Below are positions 62,990 to 64,000 of a stretch of 64,000 nucleotides of DNA, piece by piece. How positions within the stretch are numbered: position 1 is the stretch's first letter; every line of letters starts with the position of its first letter. The stretch is from assembly GCF_006345805.1 (NCBI RefSeq), contig NC_042997.1:81096001-81160000 (forward strand), read 5' to 3'. Source of the stretch: Octopus sinensis (taxonomy: Eukaryota). The notes below the pieces were generated by a model. That model did no database searches, had not been told where the DNA came from, and saw only the letters and a list, made by a program, of their open reading frames with translations. The translations under genes were made by a program, and so were the position numbers.

Positions 62990-63915
62990 ATTGTGACTGG
63001 CTATGTTGATATTACACCTATTTTTACCTTCTATAATGCTCTCTAGGTTAGGTAAAGTTGAGAATGAAATTCTTATCTTACATTTATTAAAGATATGGTA
63101 AGATTTAGTGCATGCGGGGGGAAATTTTTCACAAAAGAGGCAAATAACTTTTTAGAAATTTTTTTATTAATATTGGCTGACCAAGGGGGATTAAACCAGA
63201 TTGGGGCATCATTGTTTGAGTTTGACAAACTTTTGGATTTGCAGTATCTAAATTTTTATGTTTTAATGGTACTCTCAAGATAATCAGTGCCGCTATGCTT
63301 ACTTGCAGTGTTATTAAATTTACTATTACCATTACTGCTATTAATACGATTCATATAAGTAACATTAATGTTGGCAAATTTATCATTACATTCATTATTA
63401 TTGTTAATATTCAACACAGGTCTGTCAGTATTACAAATATCAATCACAGAACTATTAGTTTCAGTAATAATAATGGTACAATTGCTAATCTTTTTCTCTT
63501 TCATCAAAAACGTCTTTATGCACATATTACTACTATGACTATTACCACAAATATTCATATTATTATTAGTATTATTATTGTTATTATTATTATCAGAAGA
63601 ATTGTTATCAAGACTATTATTATTAATACTATTTTTGATGTTGCTATTGTTGTTGTTGTCATCATCGTCATCATCATCATCATCATTATTATTAATGCTA
63701 CTATTAACAGAACAATCTACTTTGTTCAAGTTGATATGGGAAGCTACATTATAACATTATGATTTTTATTATTTGCTTTCTTAATTTTCTTGTTCTAAAG
63801 CTCAGGACTTCCTAGACTTTTACAGTTATTTTTACTATTGCACATGATTGTATTTCAGTATGTATTTATATTTTTGCTCATACTATCCTGTTTTGTATGA
63901 TCTTTCATTTTACTA
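62990..63915 (-). pseudogene. Penelope-like element remnant: Asn-rich linker followed by the WFNPP motif
   Basis: In frame after the stop of ORF 63256-63729: ..APIWFNPPWSANINKKISKKLF..KNFPPH; after a frameshift YHIFNKCKIRISFSTLPNLESII. Confidence 0.7.
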
Positions 63916-63935
63916 GTCACAAAAACATAGTTAAT

Positions 63936-63976
<41 letters not shown>

Positions 63977-64000
63977 AAATCAAATTGCGATAAAATAAAA

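Noticed and set aside
63256-63729. Asn-rich host exon
   Set aside because: It is in frame with Penelope WFNPP motifs and has no good splice acceptor; reinterpreted as a PLE linker.

Overview
AT-rich eukaryotic genomic DNA, almost entirely transposon-derived, and most likely intronic or intergenic octopus (coleoid cephalopod) sequence. The taxon is inferred from recalled SINE families and the very high (TA)n/(CA)n/(ATT)n density; no database search was run. I find no supportable host protein-coding exon, rRNA, true tRNA or CRISPR array. Recognisable content: several copies of an RTE-clade LINE (APE endonuclease + RT with a PHD-type C4HC3 finger inserted inside the RT), R4/Dong-clade LINE remnants at (TAA)n, a Tx1/L1-like remnant, two Penelope-like remnants and a hammerhead-like motif, a Gypsy integrase with PPT and short 3' LTR, two solo-LTR-like elements, Tc1 and mariner transposons, a non-autonomous Helitron with a Pif1 helicase fragment, several tRNA-derived SINE families and at least six foldback/palindromic elements. 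The most unusual structures are the PHD finger inside the RT, a higher-order tandem array of the LINE 3' UTR (41745-43690), a 921-bp TG..CA foldback element with a 4-bp TSD (20085-21005) and a near-identical 1.4-kb tandem duplication bounded by (TA)n. All coordinates were counted by eye and may be off by a few bases.
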